This document shows, one piece after another, positions 1 through 9,933 of a stretch of 64,000 nucleotides of DNA. Positions within the stretch are counted from its first letter, which is position 1. Every line of letters starts with the position of its first letter. The notes below the pieces were generated by a model, which saw only the letters and a program-made list of their open reading frames with translations, was not told the origin of the DNA and did no database searches. Position numbers and translations under genes: made by a program. Source of the stretch: an uncultured Nitrososphaerota archaeon (GTDB lineage: Archaea; Thermoproteota; Methanomethylicia; Culexarchaeales; Culexmicrobiaceae); assembly GCA_964462875.1 (NCBI GenBank), contig CAYWZQ010000003.1:64189-128188 (forward strand), given 5' to 3'.

Positions 1-269
1 AAAGAGGTAGATTCCTGAAAATAATTGGATTGAAGAGTGGATTGAGAATTCAACTTCGGGAAGGTAAATCCATAAACTTGAATGGTAAAAACATAACAGT
101 GTATGCAGTTAAAGTTTCACATCCATACTTAACTAAAGTACTAACTCCACGAGAGAGCACAGTTACGTGGGTTGGAGGTAAATTCGGTGGAATATACATT
201 GGATTCAGGAAAGAGCAGGTTAGGAGATTGGAGGAGATAGCTAGAAATTGCTTTAAATTCAACATTTAA
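1..269 (+). CDS. hypothetical protein, C-terminal part (ORF is open to the window start; track start is TTG at 30)
   Basis: The reading frame continues without a stop from nt 3 (RGRFLKIIG...) into the listed 79-aa ORF. No recognisable motif. Confidence 0.25.
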   Translation, partial: RGRFLKIIGLKSGLRIQLREGKSINLNGKNITVYAVKVSHPYLTKVLTPRESTVTWVGGKFGGIYIGFRKEQVRRLEEIARNCFKFNI

Positions 270-284
270 ATTGAAATTATCGGC

Positions 285-785
285 TCAATGCTTATGGGCT
301 CCAAGTTTAAATTTACTTAGTCTCTCTGCAATTGCGCTAACCAGTTTTTCTGTCTTATTCAAAGCAATCTCCACATCTCTTCTCGTCGCCCAGCCTTCAT
401 AGAAGTTAACGTGCATTGATGCTGCATGCATCCATGAATCCCTAATCCATTCACCAATATCCCTAGCAATAACATCCTTATACTTCCATAATTCTCTATG
501 CGATGTAAGTTTCTTCCCTTCCCTTTCAAGTGCATAGGACTTTACTGCTAATGCAACTGCACCCCAAATTTTCTCACTAGCCTGTCTAACATCACCTTTA
601 TCAAGCTCCATTCTAGCTTGCTCTAGTAAGTTAAGAGCACACTCAATGTACTTTTCAGCTTTAATAGTTGGATCTAAATTTTGAGTTATAATTTCAATAA
701 GATACTCTTCAACTGTCATTTCGTTTTCCCTAGCTTTCTCGACTAATATCTTGTATATGCTGTTAGGAATTGTAATTACAGTCAA
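285..785 (-). CDS. PaREP1-family (HEPN-like) protein with a short RHH-like N-terminus
   Basis: 166 aa. The N-terminus 'MTVITIPNSIYKILVEKARENEMTVEEYLIEIITQ' is ribbon-helix-helix-like. The rest has the archaeal PaREP1/HEPN pattern 'EKYIECALNLLEQARMELDKGDVRQASEKIWGAVALAVKSYA...SHRELWKY...HVNFYEG'. Confidence 0.45.
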   Translation of the reverse strand: MTVITIPNSIYKILVEKARENEMTVEEYLIEIITQNLDPTIKAEKYIECALNLLEQARMELDKGDVRQASEKIWGAVALAVKSYALEREGKKLTSHRELWKYKDVIARDIGEWIRDSWMHAASMHVNFYEGWATRRDVEIALNKTEKLVSAIAERLSKFKLGAHKH

Positions 786-983
786 ATTGCCACCATAATA
801 AAGCTATGTAGTGGCTTACTATATGAGTTTCGTGAAGCAGGATATTCAGATTTACTTTCATCGAATTTATAATGCAGAGTAAATAAATGGGATAAGTATC
901 TTATTAAAATTCATTAAAGTTGCATGATCATGAATTCTACAATAAATTGATGTGCTTGCATATTTAAGCTGAGAACTTTAAGA

Positions 984-1277
984 TTAATGATTTCTACGTA
1001 TTTTCATTTCGTGCTGCTTCCTTCTATTCTCCCCTGATAAGTATAGCTTTATGTATTGTGGTTGAATTGCTATCACTGGATGTCCAGATCCAAGTGGTGA
1101 TAGAAAGTAGGTGTATAGTGGTGGGGCGACCTCTTTTCTTTCATTCTCCTCCCTAATAATGACTTCCTTAATATCGATTTCTCTACTCGAATATTCGTAA
1201 AGTAATTTCCTTTTATCACCAAGTTTCTTGTTGCGATTCATTAAGTAAAGTAGATATTTTAAAATTTTCCAAAGCAT
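984..1277 (-). CDS. hypothetical protein
   Basis: 97-aa ORF, lysine/arginine-rich, no motif recognised. Confidence 0.25.
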   Translation of the reverse strand: MLWKILKYLLYLMNRNKKLGDKRKLLYEYSSREIDIKEVIIREENERKEVAPPLYTYFLSPLGSGHPVIAIQPQYIKLYLSGENRRKQHEMKIRRNH

Positions 1278-1330
1278 ATTACTTTCAAGTCTAACTTTAG
1301 GTTGTGTTGGTAATAAGGATTGTGCTTGAA

Positions 1331-1870
1331 TTATAAATTGAAGAACTTCTTAACTTGATTGCTCTTAATAATTAAGTGCACTATTAAATCTATGATTAAA
1401 ATGACTATTATTGGCACTAAAATTCTCAAGTAAATCATCATTGGAGGTACCTTTACTGGTCCACTTGGACCTCCTCCAAGTGGCATTGTGAATGCCATTA
1501 ATACGAATGATGGAACAAATCCTCCTATGAGAGATGATGCCATGATGATTAACTCCAAGTAGTTGAGTAGTGGATTTCTTATGAAGAGCTTTAATAAGTA
1601 GTCCGACATGTGACTTGCAAAAGTTATCGTTAAGAATGCTACTTGTGCAACTGATGTTATTACTGTGAATATTAGCAGTATTTTTAGACAAGTTTTACTT
1701 CCACTTAGCATTTTAAAGCAGCAGTACATGTAGAGCAGTACTAGCGGTAGAAAAATTAGTCCAATAATTATCCTTAAGCATACTATTAATTGGACTAATG
1801 CATTTATCATTGATAAAGCAAATAATATCATAACTCCAAATGGAGCTTCACGCTTCTCTTTCAAATTCAT
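1331..1870 (-). CDS. hypothetical integral membrane protein
   Basis: 179 aa with 4-5 hydrophobic helices. The overlapping alternate-frame ORF 1365..1691 is rejected. Confidence 0.4.
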   Translation of the reverse strand: MNLKEKREAPFGVMILFALSMINALVQLIVCLRIIIGLIFLPLVLLYMYCCFKMLSGSKTCLKILLIFTVITSVAQVAFLTITFASHMSDYLLKLFIRNPLLNYLELIIMASSLIGGFVPSFVLMAFTMPLGGGPSGPVKVPPMMIYLRILVPIIVILIIDLIVHLIIKSNQVKKFFNL

Positions 1871-2020
1871 GTTCTCAACTTACCTATACTAATGCTAGTG
1901 AAACTTTATATAATTATTTCTAAAGTATTTTTCACTGCTATTTAATTGACAAGCTTATATCCTACTTCAACTAGGGTATTTTATTTACGTTAATGCATTT
2001 AAGAGTTGATTTAAAATATA

Positions 2021-3259
2021 TTGGGTTTGAGTAAATTTTTATTTAAGCTGAGTATGATTGAGAGTGATATGGTTAAGATTCGACTTAGGGGTGCATTAAT
2101 TTTAACTATGATGTCGAACTTCTTCTCATATGCACTGAGCAGTATAAACATGAATTATAGTGGTGTGTATGCAGCTGAGAAGCTTAAATTGAAGCCTTAT
2201 CAATTTGGTTTGGCTTCATCGATAAGCACATTAGTTACACAGTTATTTCAGCCGCTGTGGGGTTACGTGAGTGATTTAAAGGGTATTAGGAAGTACTTTA
2301 TATCTTTGGGCTTCCTAGTTATGGGTTTGGCTATATCATTTACATTTAAGCTTCAAAATTACGTTCAATATTTAATTGTCAATTCACTCGCATGGATGTC
2401 TTGGAATGGAGCATATGTTTGTTGGCAGGCTTTAATAGGAGACTTGACTTCCATTAGCGGTAGAGGGAAATTTGTTGGAGCACTTGGATTCGCTGGGAAT
2501 TTGGGTAGTATAATTTCTTCTGCAATTGCAGGTCAAGCGATTGATTTATATGGCTATGATTTTCTATTCATTCTCTGCATAATATTTACTTTCATGTCTT
2601 CAATGCTAATTCTACCCATAAAGGAGGAGAGGATATCCAAGAGAATTATTAGGAGGGATGATTGGAGGAGAGCTATTAGCAGGGAATTCAAGCTTTACTT
2701 AATTGTAAGCATGGGATGGTGGGGTATAATGTCTATGGCTTGGCCACTATTCTCCATTACGCAAGTGAAGGTTTATCATTTAACTAAAACTGAAATTGGA
2801 ATATTAGCACTAGCATTAAGCATACCGAGCACCATAATGTCCCCCATATGGGGTGGATTGGCAGATAGAATTGGAAGAAAACCTTTACTCATAATTTCAC
2901 CCATATTCGCTTCATTATGGACGCTTGCCTACTCAATAACTGAGAGCTTCACTCAAATATTGCTTTTAACTTTAATTGGGAGTATTGGTGGATCCGCATT
3001 AATGACTGTTTCAACAATCTACCTTCTAGACACAATAAAGTATAGGGAGCATAGGGCAACACTAATATCCATTTATGGATTTATGACTGGAATAACTAAG
3101 GCTATTGGTCAGCTCCTAGGCGGATATCTTGGAGGCATTATTGGATTAAAGGAAACAATGCTTCTAGCTAGCATACTAAGATTAGCGTACTCAATTCCAA
3201 TGATTATTCTTCCAGAGACAAAATTAAAGCATCATGACTCAAGTAAGATTGCAATTTAA
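2021..3259 (+). CDS. MFS transporter
   Basis: 412 aa with about 12 predicted TM helices. It carries the MFS loop signature 'GGLADRIGRKPLLIISP' (G-x3-D-R-x-G-R-K). Confidence 0.65.
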   Translation: MGLSKFLFKLSMIESDMVKIRLRGALILTMMSNFFSYALSSINMNYSGVYAAEKLKLKPYQFGLASSISTLVTQLFQPLWGYVSDLKGIRKYFISLGFLVMGLAISFTFKLQNYVQYLIVNSLAWMSWNGAYVCWQALIGDLTSISGRGKFVGALGFAGNLGSIISSAIAGQAIDLYGYDFLFILCIIFTFMSSMLILPIKEERISKRIIRRDDWRRAISREFKLYLIVSMGWWGIMSMAWPLFSITQVKVYHLTKTEIGILALALSIPSTIMSPIWGGLADRIGRKPLLIISPIFASLWTLAYSITESFTQILLLTLIGSIGGSALMTVSTIYLLDTIKYREHRATLISIYGFMTGITKAIGQLLGGYLGGIIGLKETMLLASILRLAYSIPMIILPETKLKHHDSSKIAI

Positions 3260-3515
3260 AATAAATATTTGAAGAAGAATTTGAGTTTCATTTCACCTTA
3301 ATGTATGCATAGGCTTCTGTTAAATTATCAAAGCAGTAGTGGACTTTCTGGTATTCTCTTCTAAATTCTGCAATGTCTCCTCTAACTTTTTCAGGTTGCT
3401 CATTGTCTATGATGACTCGCTTCATAAATTCAGTATTAAACATAAAAATACCTGCATGCTGATGTGACATAAAAATATTTGCATTTCAATAGGTGAGTAT
3501 AGAGGAAGAAATGTA

Positions 3516-4073
3516 ATGGTGAAGTGTAAGGCGGATCTCGTTCTTAAGCGTATAGAGGAATTGGCTAAACGCAAATGCCTACCCATAATAGGTCCAGAAA
3601 AGGGAGAGATTATTGCCAAACTAGTACGCAAATTCAAGCCTAAGCGCATACTTGAAGTTGGGACACTAATAGGGTATTCAACAATAATAATTGGAAAAGA
3701 GCTCGATGAGGATGCAGAGATCATTACAATTGAAATCGATGAAGATGAAGCAGAAATTGCGAGAAGAAACATTATTGAAGCTGAATTAAAGCCAAGAGTA
3801 ACAGTGATTGTTGGAGATGCTCTGGAAGTTATACCGAGACTTAATGGAAGCTTCGACATGGTGTTTCTAGATGCCAATAAACGCGAATACTATCAATACC
3901 TGAAACTAGTAGAGGATAAGCTCCACAAGGGAAGCATTATAATAGCAGACAATGCAGGCATATACTCACACTCTATGAGAAGATACTTAGAATATGTTAG
4001 GAAATCCGGGAAATATAAAAGCAGATTTATACCAGTAGGCTGGGATGGAATTGAAGTAAGCATTAAACTATAA
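3516..4073 (+). CDS. class I SAM-dependent O-methyltransferase (family 3 / COMT-like)
   Basis: It has the SAM motif 'ILEVGTLIGYSTIIIG' and the pattern '...VGDALEVIPRL...FDMVFLDANKREYYQYL' typical of caffeoyl-CoA/catechol-type O-methyltransferases. Confidence 0.7.
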   Translation: MVKCKADLVLKRIEELAKRKCLPIIGPEKGEIIAKLVRKFKPKRILEVGTLIGYSTIIIGKELDEDAEIITIEIDEDEAEIARRNIIEAELKPRVTVIVGDALEVIPRLNGSFDMVFLDANKREYYQYLKLVEDKLHKGSIIIADNAGIYSHSMRRYLEYVRKSGKYKSRFIPVGWDGIEVSIKL

Positions 4074-4260
4074 GCAGTCTCCAAGAACAAATCTCATTCT
4101 CATCTACCAATTAATTCAAATCGACCAGATAAGACTTATTAATTAGGATAAGTTATGAGGTAACGGATAATTATGGTCAATATAAAACGATTAAGAAAAA
4201 TGACTCTTAACTTACATGAGAAGCCTAAAATGGTTTGGAAGAGAATGAGGTTGAGTATTT

Positions 4261-4620
4261 ATGGGTTTAAGAATACCAGTAAGGCTTAAGCATGGTGATT
4301 TTGAAGTTAGGGTTAATGCTTTATTAAATACTGGTTTTGAAACTGATGAGCCAGTAGTAGTTCTACCACTAAATATTGCTTCTCAACTCAATTTAACTCC
4401 AGGAGAAAAGAGACTTTACTTTGGACCGGGAGCATTGGTTGGGGAAGTCTACTTAGCTGGGAAGGTAACAATCATAGTTGAAACTGAAAAATCTAAACGC
4501 ATGATTGAAGCACACGCAGTAATAGAGCCTAGAGAAGAGGAAGTCATACTTTCAGATAAAGCAATTGTCGAACTAGGAATAATTATTGATTTAAAGCATA
4601 TGAAGTGGTGGCTAACCTAA
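4261..4620 (+). CDS. small retropepsin-like (clan AA aspartic-protease-like) protein
   Basis: 119 aa. The block 'VRVNALLNTGFETDEPVVVLPLNIA' resembles the retropepsin D[TS]G active-site region, and there is a C-terminal 'VELGIIIDLK' dimerisation-like strand. A decayed paralog lies at 5764..6190. Confidence 0.35.
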   Translation: MGLRIPVRLKHGDFEVRVNALLNTGFETDEPVVVLPLNIASQLNLTPGEKRLYFGPGALVGEVYLAGKVTIIVETEKSKRMIEAHAVIEPREEEVILSDKAIVELGIIIDLKHMKWWLT

Positions 4621-4786
4621 GCATTCAACTACGCTGTAGTGAATTAAAGTATGATTATTAATGTGAAAACTAAAATTATGGTGGTAAGAGTTCTCCTATA
4701 TCTTATCATCAATTCCAAATTCGCAATTTTCTTTAAAGTATCTTGTGATGTTCAAATTAATTGAAAGCAAATGCTTTTCATGTTAA

Positions 4787-5698
4787 CTAAGTACTTATGT
4801 ATCTTGGTCCTCTACTATCAATTTGCGCAACTATTATGTTTTCTTCATTAAAGTGCTTCTTGAATATGCTGAGCGCTTTATCAATTTCACTTACATGTAC
4901 TAGTGCGTGAACTGCTTCTCCAATCATATTCTGCGTAATATTAGTTAATCCATTATTCATGGTATTCTCAATGATCCCCCTAATCCTATTAGTCATGAAT
5001 CCCGACTTTAAAGCGAAAATTCTGCATTGCTTCATGAAGTTTTCAGGTGTTGGTTCCTTCAAAATATTTTTCAAAGCTTCCTTTCCCAACTCAGTGAAGT
5101 ACTCGAGCTTTCTAGTCTCTCCTAAGACTTCTCTGGTTGATATTGGGCCGAAGGTGGCCGCAATAACTCTATACTCATCTTCATTAATGGGAATTCTATC
5201 AACGATTGCTATTCCAGGTGCACCGGGCTTAACTGCTAATCTAAATCCTCCACCAACAATTCCTGCTACAGTTCCAAGGCCAGTCCTACAATAGTAGTCT
5301 GCTAAGTGAGCTATTCTAGCAATTTGAAGATAAGTCATCTTTAACTTTAATGCTTTAGCAAGTGCGAGTGAAATTGCGAGTGCACTCGCACCACTACTAC
5401 CAAAACCGCATTCAATTGGAACTTCAATTCTCTGCTTAACAATAACTTTACATGGCTTAAGTTCACTTGGAACCATTAAGTCGTATATAATTCTTAAAAT
5501 GCAGGAATCAACTTCAACACCATTAATAATATTCCTCAACTCAATGTTCTCAGCATTAGCTTCAACCTCAACTTCAACATAAACCCCACGATCAATAGTA
5601 AATCCACCACCCCAAGCACCGCACTTCAATGGATCTTCAACGATATATGGTGCAAAGAAACTTGAAATAGCAGCTGGACAGAAAACTCTGACAACCAT
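4787..5698 (-). CDS. GHMP-family kinase, probably pantoate kinase (archaeal CoA pathway)
   Basis: 303 aa. It has the GHMP phosphate-binding loop 'PIECGFGSSGASALAISLALA'. The N-terminus 'VFCPAAISSFFAPYIVED' resembles archaeal pantoate kinases. Confidence 0.55.
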   Translation of the reverse strand: MVVRVFCPAAISSFFAPYIVEDPLKCGAWGGGFTIDRGVYVEVEVEANAENIELRNIINGVEVDSCILRIIYDLMVPSELKPCKVIVKQRIEVPIECGFGSSGASALAISLALAKALKLKMTYLQIARIAHLADYYCRTGLGTVAGIVGGGFRLAVKPGAPGIAIVDRIPINEDEYRVIAATFGPISTREVLGETRKLEYFTELGKEALKNILKEPTPENFMKQCRIFALKSGFMTNRIRGIIENTMNNGLTNITQNMIGEAVHALVHVSEIDKALSIFKKHFNEENIIVAQIDSRGPRYIST

Positions 5699-5763
5699 AA
5701 TCTCAAACCCTTCAAGTAAGTATTGACTAAAACTCGATTTAAATTAACTTAAAAGAATGCGTA

Positions 5764-6190
5764 TTAACCACTTCTCTTAGCGCTTGGTCTAAGAACACCC
5801 TCTGAATCCTTGATGTGCCTCCATAAACCTCGTTTAGCATGAACTATAACTATACCAAGCTCCTCTATCAATGCATCAGATATCGTCGGTTCATCTAATC
5901 CAGACTTCACAAGCACATATGAATCTGCTTCACTCAAAACATTCCCTTCCTCACTCAACAATTGAACCCTAACCTTCCTCGGAGCGAGGTAACCTATACT
6001 TTCAGATGTAAGCTCCTCCACAATAACAGTTCTCAACCCCTCTAAAGGCCATAAACTTAGCTTTTAAGCTATACTTGGCGGAAGCATTATCACCGGAACT
6101 TCTGTTTCAGCACCAGCATTAACTAATACAGTACACTTCAACACTAGCACCATGTTCACCAGCAATTCTAACCTTAACCCTAACAACCAT
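5764..6190 (-). pseudogene. decayed paralog of the 4261..4620 retropepsin-like gene (one frameshift plus an in-frame TAA)
   Basis: Minus-strand translation gives 'MVVRVKVRIAGEHGASVEVYCIS*'. After a frame change it gives 'VNAGAETEVPVIMLPPSIA*', and then the listed ORF 'LRTVIVEEL...GIVIVHAKRGLWRH'. These pieces align block by block with 'RIPVRLKHGDFEVRVNALLNTGFETDEPVVVLPLNIA...GIIIDLKHMKWW' of the intact copy. Confidence 0.5.
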
Positions 6191-6434
6191 GCTCCTCTAA
6201 CTCCAAAAACTTCTTGAAAAATTCCTTACGAATCCTAAACCTCTTAAACCTCAACTTAATATCAGTACTAATCTTAAGCTTCCCTCTAATCAGCTTCTCA
6301 TATTCCTCCTCAGTCAAACAAAGAATCTTCATCCAATACCACCAAACTACCATAATACAATGTTACAAAGATAACTCTTAAAAGTATAGTGTCATCACTA
6401 CTTCAAATACTTTAGCAAGAGGAGGGAATTGGAT

Positions 6435-6605
6435 ATGGATAATGCAATACAGTATTCCGTGGCTTTATCGATGAAAGTAAAAGCCATAGTTTCCTTTGAT
6501 AGAGATTTTGATAATCTTGAAATATCTCGAAAGGAATTAAAAGACATTATAAATTCTGACATTACATGTTTTAATTTCATGGAGCTACCTAACTTCCTCT
6601 CTTAA
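6435..6605 (+). pseudogene. PIN-domain (VapC-like) C-terminal remnant
   Basis: A 56-aa ORF 'MDNAIQYSVALSMKVKAIVSFDRDFDNLEI...' matches the C-terminal strand and helix of VapC PIN domains (..A.a...ga.lvT.D.DF..). No N-terminal PIN part is present upstream in any frame. It overlaps the 3' end of the permease gene on the opposite strand. Confidence 0.35.
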
Positions 6606-7457
6606 GAAGCTTATGTATGAGAGGGCTATGAATGTTATGGATAGAGATATCATGACGGCTAAGCTGGGCCATGAAGTATTGATGCTTTCAATTAAGCTTA
6701 GCGGTCTAAGTGGTCTTCTCCAGCCGATGGGGTTGAATGGATTAAATGCATACATTGGATTTAGAATGTTCATTCCAACGGCATTATAGTGTGTTTGAAT
6801 TGACAGGAGGAGTATATTGTATATTAGTTTTGCTCTATCCGTGGCTGTGAGATTTGGAATGAGGGATGCAATGCTGCTTGCAATCATTGATACTACGAAG
6901 TTCGTGGAAATCCAAAATACTATTGAGGCTAGTAGTGATGTTGATGGCTTACTGAACTTTATGGATAGGAATATGCTTATTGATAGGAAGCATGCAGTGT
7001 AAATTAGTGTTGATAGGATGTATATGATGAGCCTGACAATTTCCTCTCCCCTTGGAGCTATTCCCATGAATGCCATGATGAATCCCACGTTCAGCATGGT
7101 TGATGTTATGAGCATTAAAGCTATGGTGGATAGACCGGCAATGAACTTCCCATTTAAAACATCATCCCTATATATTGGGTATGATAGCAAGATTATCATT
7201 GACCCAGATTCCCTCTCCCTATTAATGGCATCGAAGCCCAAGGCAATACCAATTAATGGGGCGAGCAGCCCCATAATTGATAGCTGCGATAACCTACCAG
7301 TTGAGAGTAGCTCTGTAAATGTAGTTGTTCCAGCCAGATATGTTGCTGAGCTATATGCTGAGAGTATTGATAGTACTGAGACCAATATGAATAGCATTGT
7401 GAACCTCTTACTCAAAATGATGTCGGAAATTTCCTTCCCAGCAATGATTAGGGACAT
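6585..7457 (-). CDS. ABC-2 type transporter permease
   Basis: 290 aa with six hydrophobic segments, immediately downstream of the ATPase (overlap/4 nt spacing). Confidence 0.6.
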   Translation of the reverse strand: MSLIIAGKEISDIILSKRFTMLFILVSVLSILSAYSSATYLAGTTTFTELLSTGRLSQLSIMGLLAPLIGIALGFDAINRERESGSMIILLSYPIYRDDVLNGKFIAGLSTIALMLITSTMLNVGFIMAFMGIAPRGEEIVRLIIYILSTLIYTACFLSISIFLSIKFSKPSTSLLASIVFWISTNFVVSMIASSIASLIPNLTATDRAKLIYNILLLSIQTHYNAVGMNILNPMYAFNPFNPIGWRRPLRPLSLIESINTSWPSLAVMISLSITFIALSYISFLREEVR

Positions 7458-7461
7458 TCAT

Positions 7462-8394
7462 TTACCCTCCACCATAAATTTCGAAGAACACTTCCTCTAA
7501 AGTCGGCTCCTCGATTTTAAGAGTTAAAACGTATCCTCCAAGCCTATTAATAAGCTTCGAAACCTCTAATCTAACATCCCTATCAGCATAGATTATGAGC
7601 GTACCGTCTTTCCAAATAATTTTTGAAACACCATTAATACCCTTAATTTCCTCGGCAACTTTTTCATTCAAATTTGTTGCTTCAAGAACTATTCTATAGC
7701 CCATCTTCTTCATGAGGTCATCAATGCTATCAACTGCAATTAATCTGCCATTCCTCATAAAGCCAACTCTACTGCAAATCTGCTTAACTTCATGGAGTAG
7801 GTGGCTGCAAATAAACACGGTGATTTTCAGTTCACGATTCATTTTCCTAATTAAGTCCCTAAACATTTTAGTTGCATGTGGATCTAAGCCACTTGTCGGT
7901 TCATCTAGAAATATGACTTCAGGCTTCTTAACCAAAATATTTGCTAGTGCAAGCCTCTGCCTCATACCCCTGGAGAAAGTCTTGACTGGCGCATATTTCC
8001 ATTCACCTAATCCAACAAAGTTTAAGCTCCAATCAATTCTCTCCTCAATTTCCCTCTCAGGAATGCCTGCAAGCTTTGCGAAGAACCTTAAGTTGCGATA
8101 GGCAGACATGTCCTCATAAAAACTGTATCTCTCGGGTATGAGGCCAGTTATCCTCCTAATATCCCTAGAATTCCTAGTGATATCAAATCCGGCAACATAT
8201 GCTTCACCACTAGTTGGCTCAATTAATCCTAAAAGCATTAATATGGTTGTAGTTTTACCGGAGCCGTTTGGTCCAAGTAAGCCGAATACTTCACCTCGAT
8301 AAACCTTCAAGTTCAAATTATCAACTGCAGTAATCCTATTTTCACCTAACCTATAGACTTTGGTTAATTCTCGCGTTTCAATTATTACATCCAA
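7462..8394 (-). CDS. ABC transporter ATP-binding protein (ABC-2 / DrrA-like)
   Basis: Walker A 'GLLGPNGSGKTT', Q-loop, signature 'FSRGMRQRLALA' and Walker B 'VIFLDEPTSGLD'. Confidence 0.85.
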   Translation of the reverse strand: MDVIIETRELTKVYRLGENRITAVDNLNLKVYRGEVFGLLGPNGSGKTTTILMLLGLIEPTSGEAYVAGFDITRNSRDIRRITGLIPERYSFYEDMSAYRNLRFFAKLAGIPEREIEERIDWSLNFVGLGEWKYAPVKTFSRGMRQRLALANILVKKPEVIFLDEPTSGLDPHATKMFRDLIRKMNRELKITVFICSHLLHEVKQICSRVGFMRNGRLIAVDSIDDLMKKMGYRIVLEATNLNEKVAEEIKGINGVSKIIWKDGTLIIYADRDVRLEVSKLINRLGGYVLTLKIEEPTLEEVFFEIYGGG

Positions 8395-8397
8395 TAA

Positions 8398-9918
8398 CTA
8401 TCTCCTCCCAATTCTCCTAAATACTATGAAGACTATAATTAGAGCGATAATGGCAGTGGCAATTCCAATATAACCCCATTCAGTGGGTTTGGTGACTGTG
8501 ACTCTAATTTCCCTAGACTTAGATGAAACCTGATCTGAAATAGCCTTCACATCAATGAAGTAGTCTCCAGCTGCAACAAGATCACTGACCTTTAGAGTAA
8601 TTTTGAAGGCAACTTCACTTCCAGAACTCAAAACTTTAACTTTACTAGGTTTAACTTCAACTTCCCAATCAATGGATGGAACATCAACTACAACTTCAAC
8701 GTTAGTGACATCCAGTGTACCAGTATTTTTAACTGATACAGTGAGCTCAGTGCTACTGCCAGAAGTAACTCTAATATTTAGTACTGGTAATTCTGGGAAT
8801 GATATTTGCAGTCCATAGGTTCCAATAACCCTAATCATTAAGTTAATGGAATCGCGGATCAATCCATCTTGACTAATAGCTTCAATTTCAAAGTTATAGG
8901 TGCCATTAACAATGAGAGGTGAAGGCGTGACTTCAACAATGACATTGGATGTAGAGCCAGCTGGAACAAGCAATCCATAAACATATTTACCGGAAACCCT
9001 GAAATTAACAGTCCAGCCACTAGGAACAGTAGTTGCATTTAAGTAAACAAGCTCATCAAATACCCCAGCATTCTTAATAATTAGGGTGAAGTATGCTGTT
9101 CTACCAGATTCAATAGATACTGCTGGATAATCCACGCTTAAAATAAGCCTCCTATTGACAACCTTTGGTGGAGTAACTTCAATTAGCAATTCAATCCAAT
9201 CACAAACACTACTAGAATAAATAGTGAAATTCAATATGTATAGGCCAGCTTCAGCACTTGAAGGTACATCAATAACCACTCTAACAGTGCATTTAGCTCC
9301 ATCTTTCAAGTATAGTAGGAATACTTCATCAGAGCCAACATAAAATCTCGCATTCCAATTCTCAGGTAAATTTGGAATAGACAAATTAAAGATATTTGAA
9401 GTACCCCTATAAGATACATCAACATCAAAAGATACGGTTCTACCTGCCTCAACAACCTTAGCAGGAAGCATACAGTAAACACTAACCTCCTCTTTAACTC
9501 CCCTAACTACTACCTTTAAATGCAAAGTAGTTTCCCAAGGATAATAGGCATAGAAGCAAACAAAATTAAATTCATAAACTCCCGGAGCAACACTAGATGG
9601 AACATATAGGTCAAGTCTAACAGTTACCCTACTATTATTAAGCAATCTCAATTCACTAACTTCTAAACCATTAAAAACAATTCTCCAACCCCAATCACTC
9701 GGCAAACCATCAACCCTAAAACCAACATTCAAAAAACTCTTGAAACCAATATAGCTAACATCAATTGAATAAGATGCAATATCATTTACTTCACAAACCC
9801 TACTAGAAGTCCAACACCACAAATCAACATTAACAACACCTACACTCGAAACAATACCAAGTGACTTAAACTCAAGCATCAAAACTAAGATGAAAATCAG
9901 TGAAATACACTTCCTCAA
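8398..9918 (-). CDS. cell-surface protein with repeated beta-sandwich (CARDB/NPCBM-associated-like) domains, signal peptide and C-terminal TM anchor
   Basis: 506 aa. It has an N-terminal hydrophobic signal 'MRKCISLIFILVLMLEF' and many N-x-S/T sequons. The C-terminus 'WGYIGIATAIIALIIVFIVFRRIGRR' is a TM helix followed by a basic tail. It is first in an operon with the ABC-2 exporter. Confidence 0.5.
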   Translation of the reverse strand: MRKCISLIFILVLMLEFKSLGIVSSVGVVNVDLWCWTSSRVCEVNDIASYSIDVSYIGFKSFLNVGFRVDGLPSDWGWRIVFNGLEVSELRLLNNSRVTVRLDLYVPSSVAPGVYEFNFVCFYAYYPWETTLHLKVVVRGVKEEVSVYCMLPAKVVEAGRTVSFDVDVSYRGTSNIFNLSIPNLPENWNARFYVGSDEVFLLYLKDGAKCTVRVVIDVPSSAEAGLYILNFTIYSSSVCDWIELLIEVTPPKVVNRRLILSVDYPAVSIESGRTAYFTLIIKNAGVFDELVYLNATTVPSGWTVNFRVSGKYVYGLLVPAGSTSNVIVEVTPSPLIVNGTYNFEIEAISQDGLIRDSINLMIRVIGTYGLQISFPELPVLNIRVTSGSSTELTVSVKNTGTLDVTNVEVVVDVPSIDWEVEVKPSKVKVLSSGSEVAFKITLKVSDLVAAGDYFIDVKAISDQVSSKSREIRVTVTKPTEWGYIGIATAIIALIIVFIVFRRIGRR

Positions 9919-9933
9919 TACTTCCCCTCCAAC

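Noticed and set aside
1365-1691. 108-aa minus-strand ORF
   Set aside because: It is an alternate frame inside the 179-aa membrane-protein ORF. Its Ser/Asn-rich translation is not protein-like.
3422-3877. 151-aa minus-strand ORF
   Set aside because: It is antisense to the well-supported O-methyltransferase gene, and its translation is Ser-rich and low-complexity.
4959-5294. 111-aa plus-strand ORF
   Set aside because: It is antisense to, and entirely within, the GHMP kinase gene.
6398-6580. 60-aa minus-strand ORF
   Set aside because: It lies antisense to the PIN-domain remnant on the plus strand, which has a recognisable VapC C-terminal motif. The minus-strand translation is low-complexity.
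7018-7500. 160-aa plus-strand ORF (and 6817..7002, 7712..8101, 8603..8818)
   Set aside because: They are antisense shadows inside the ABC permease, ATPase and surface-protein genes.
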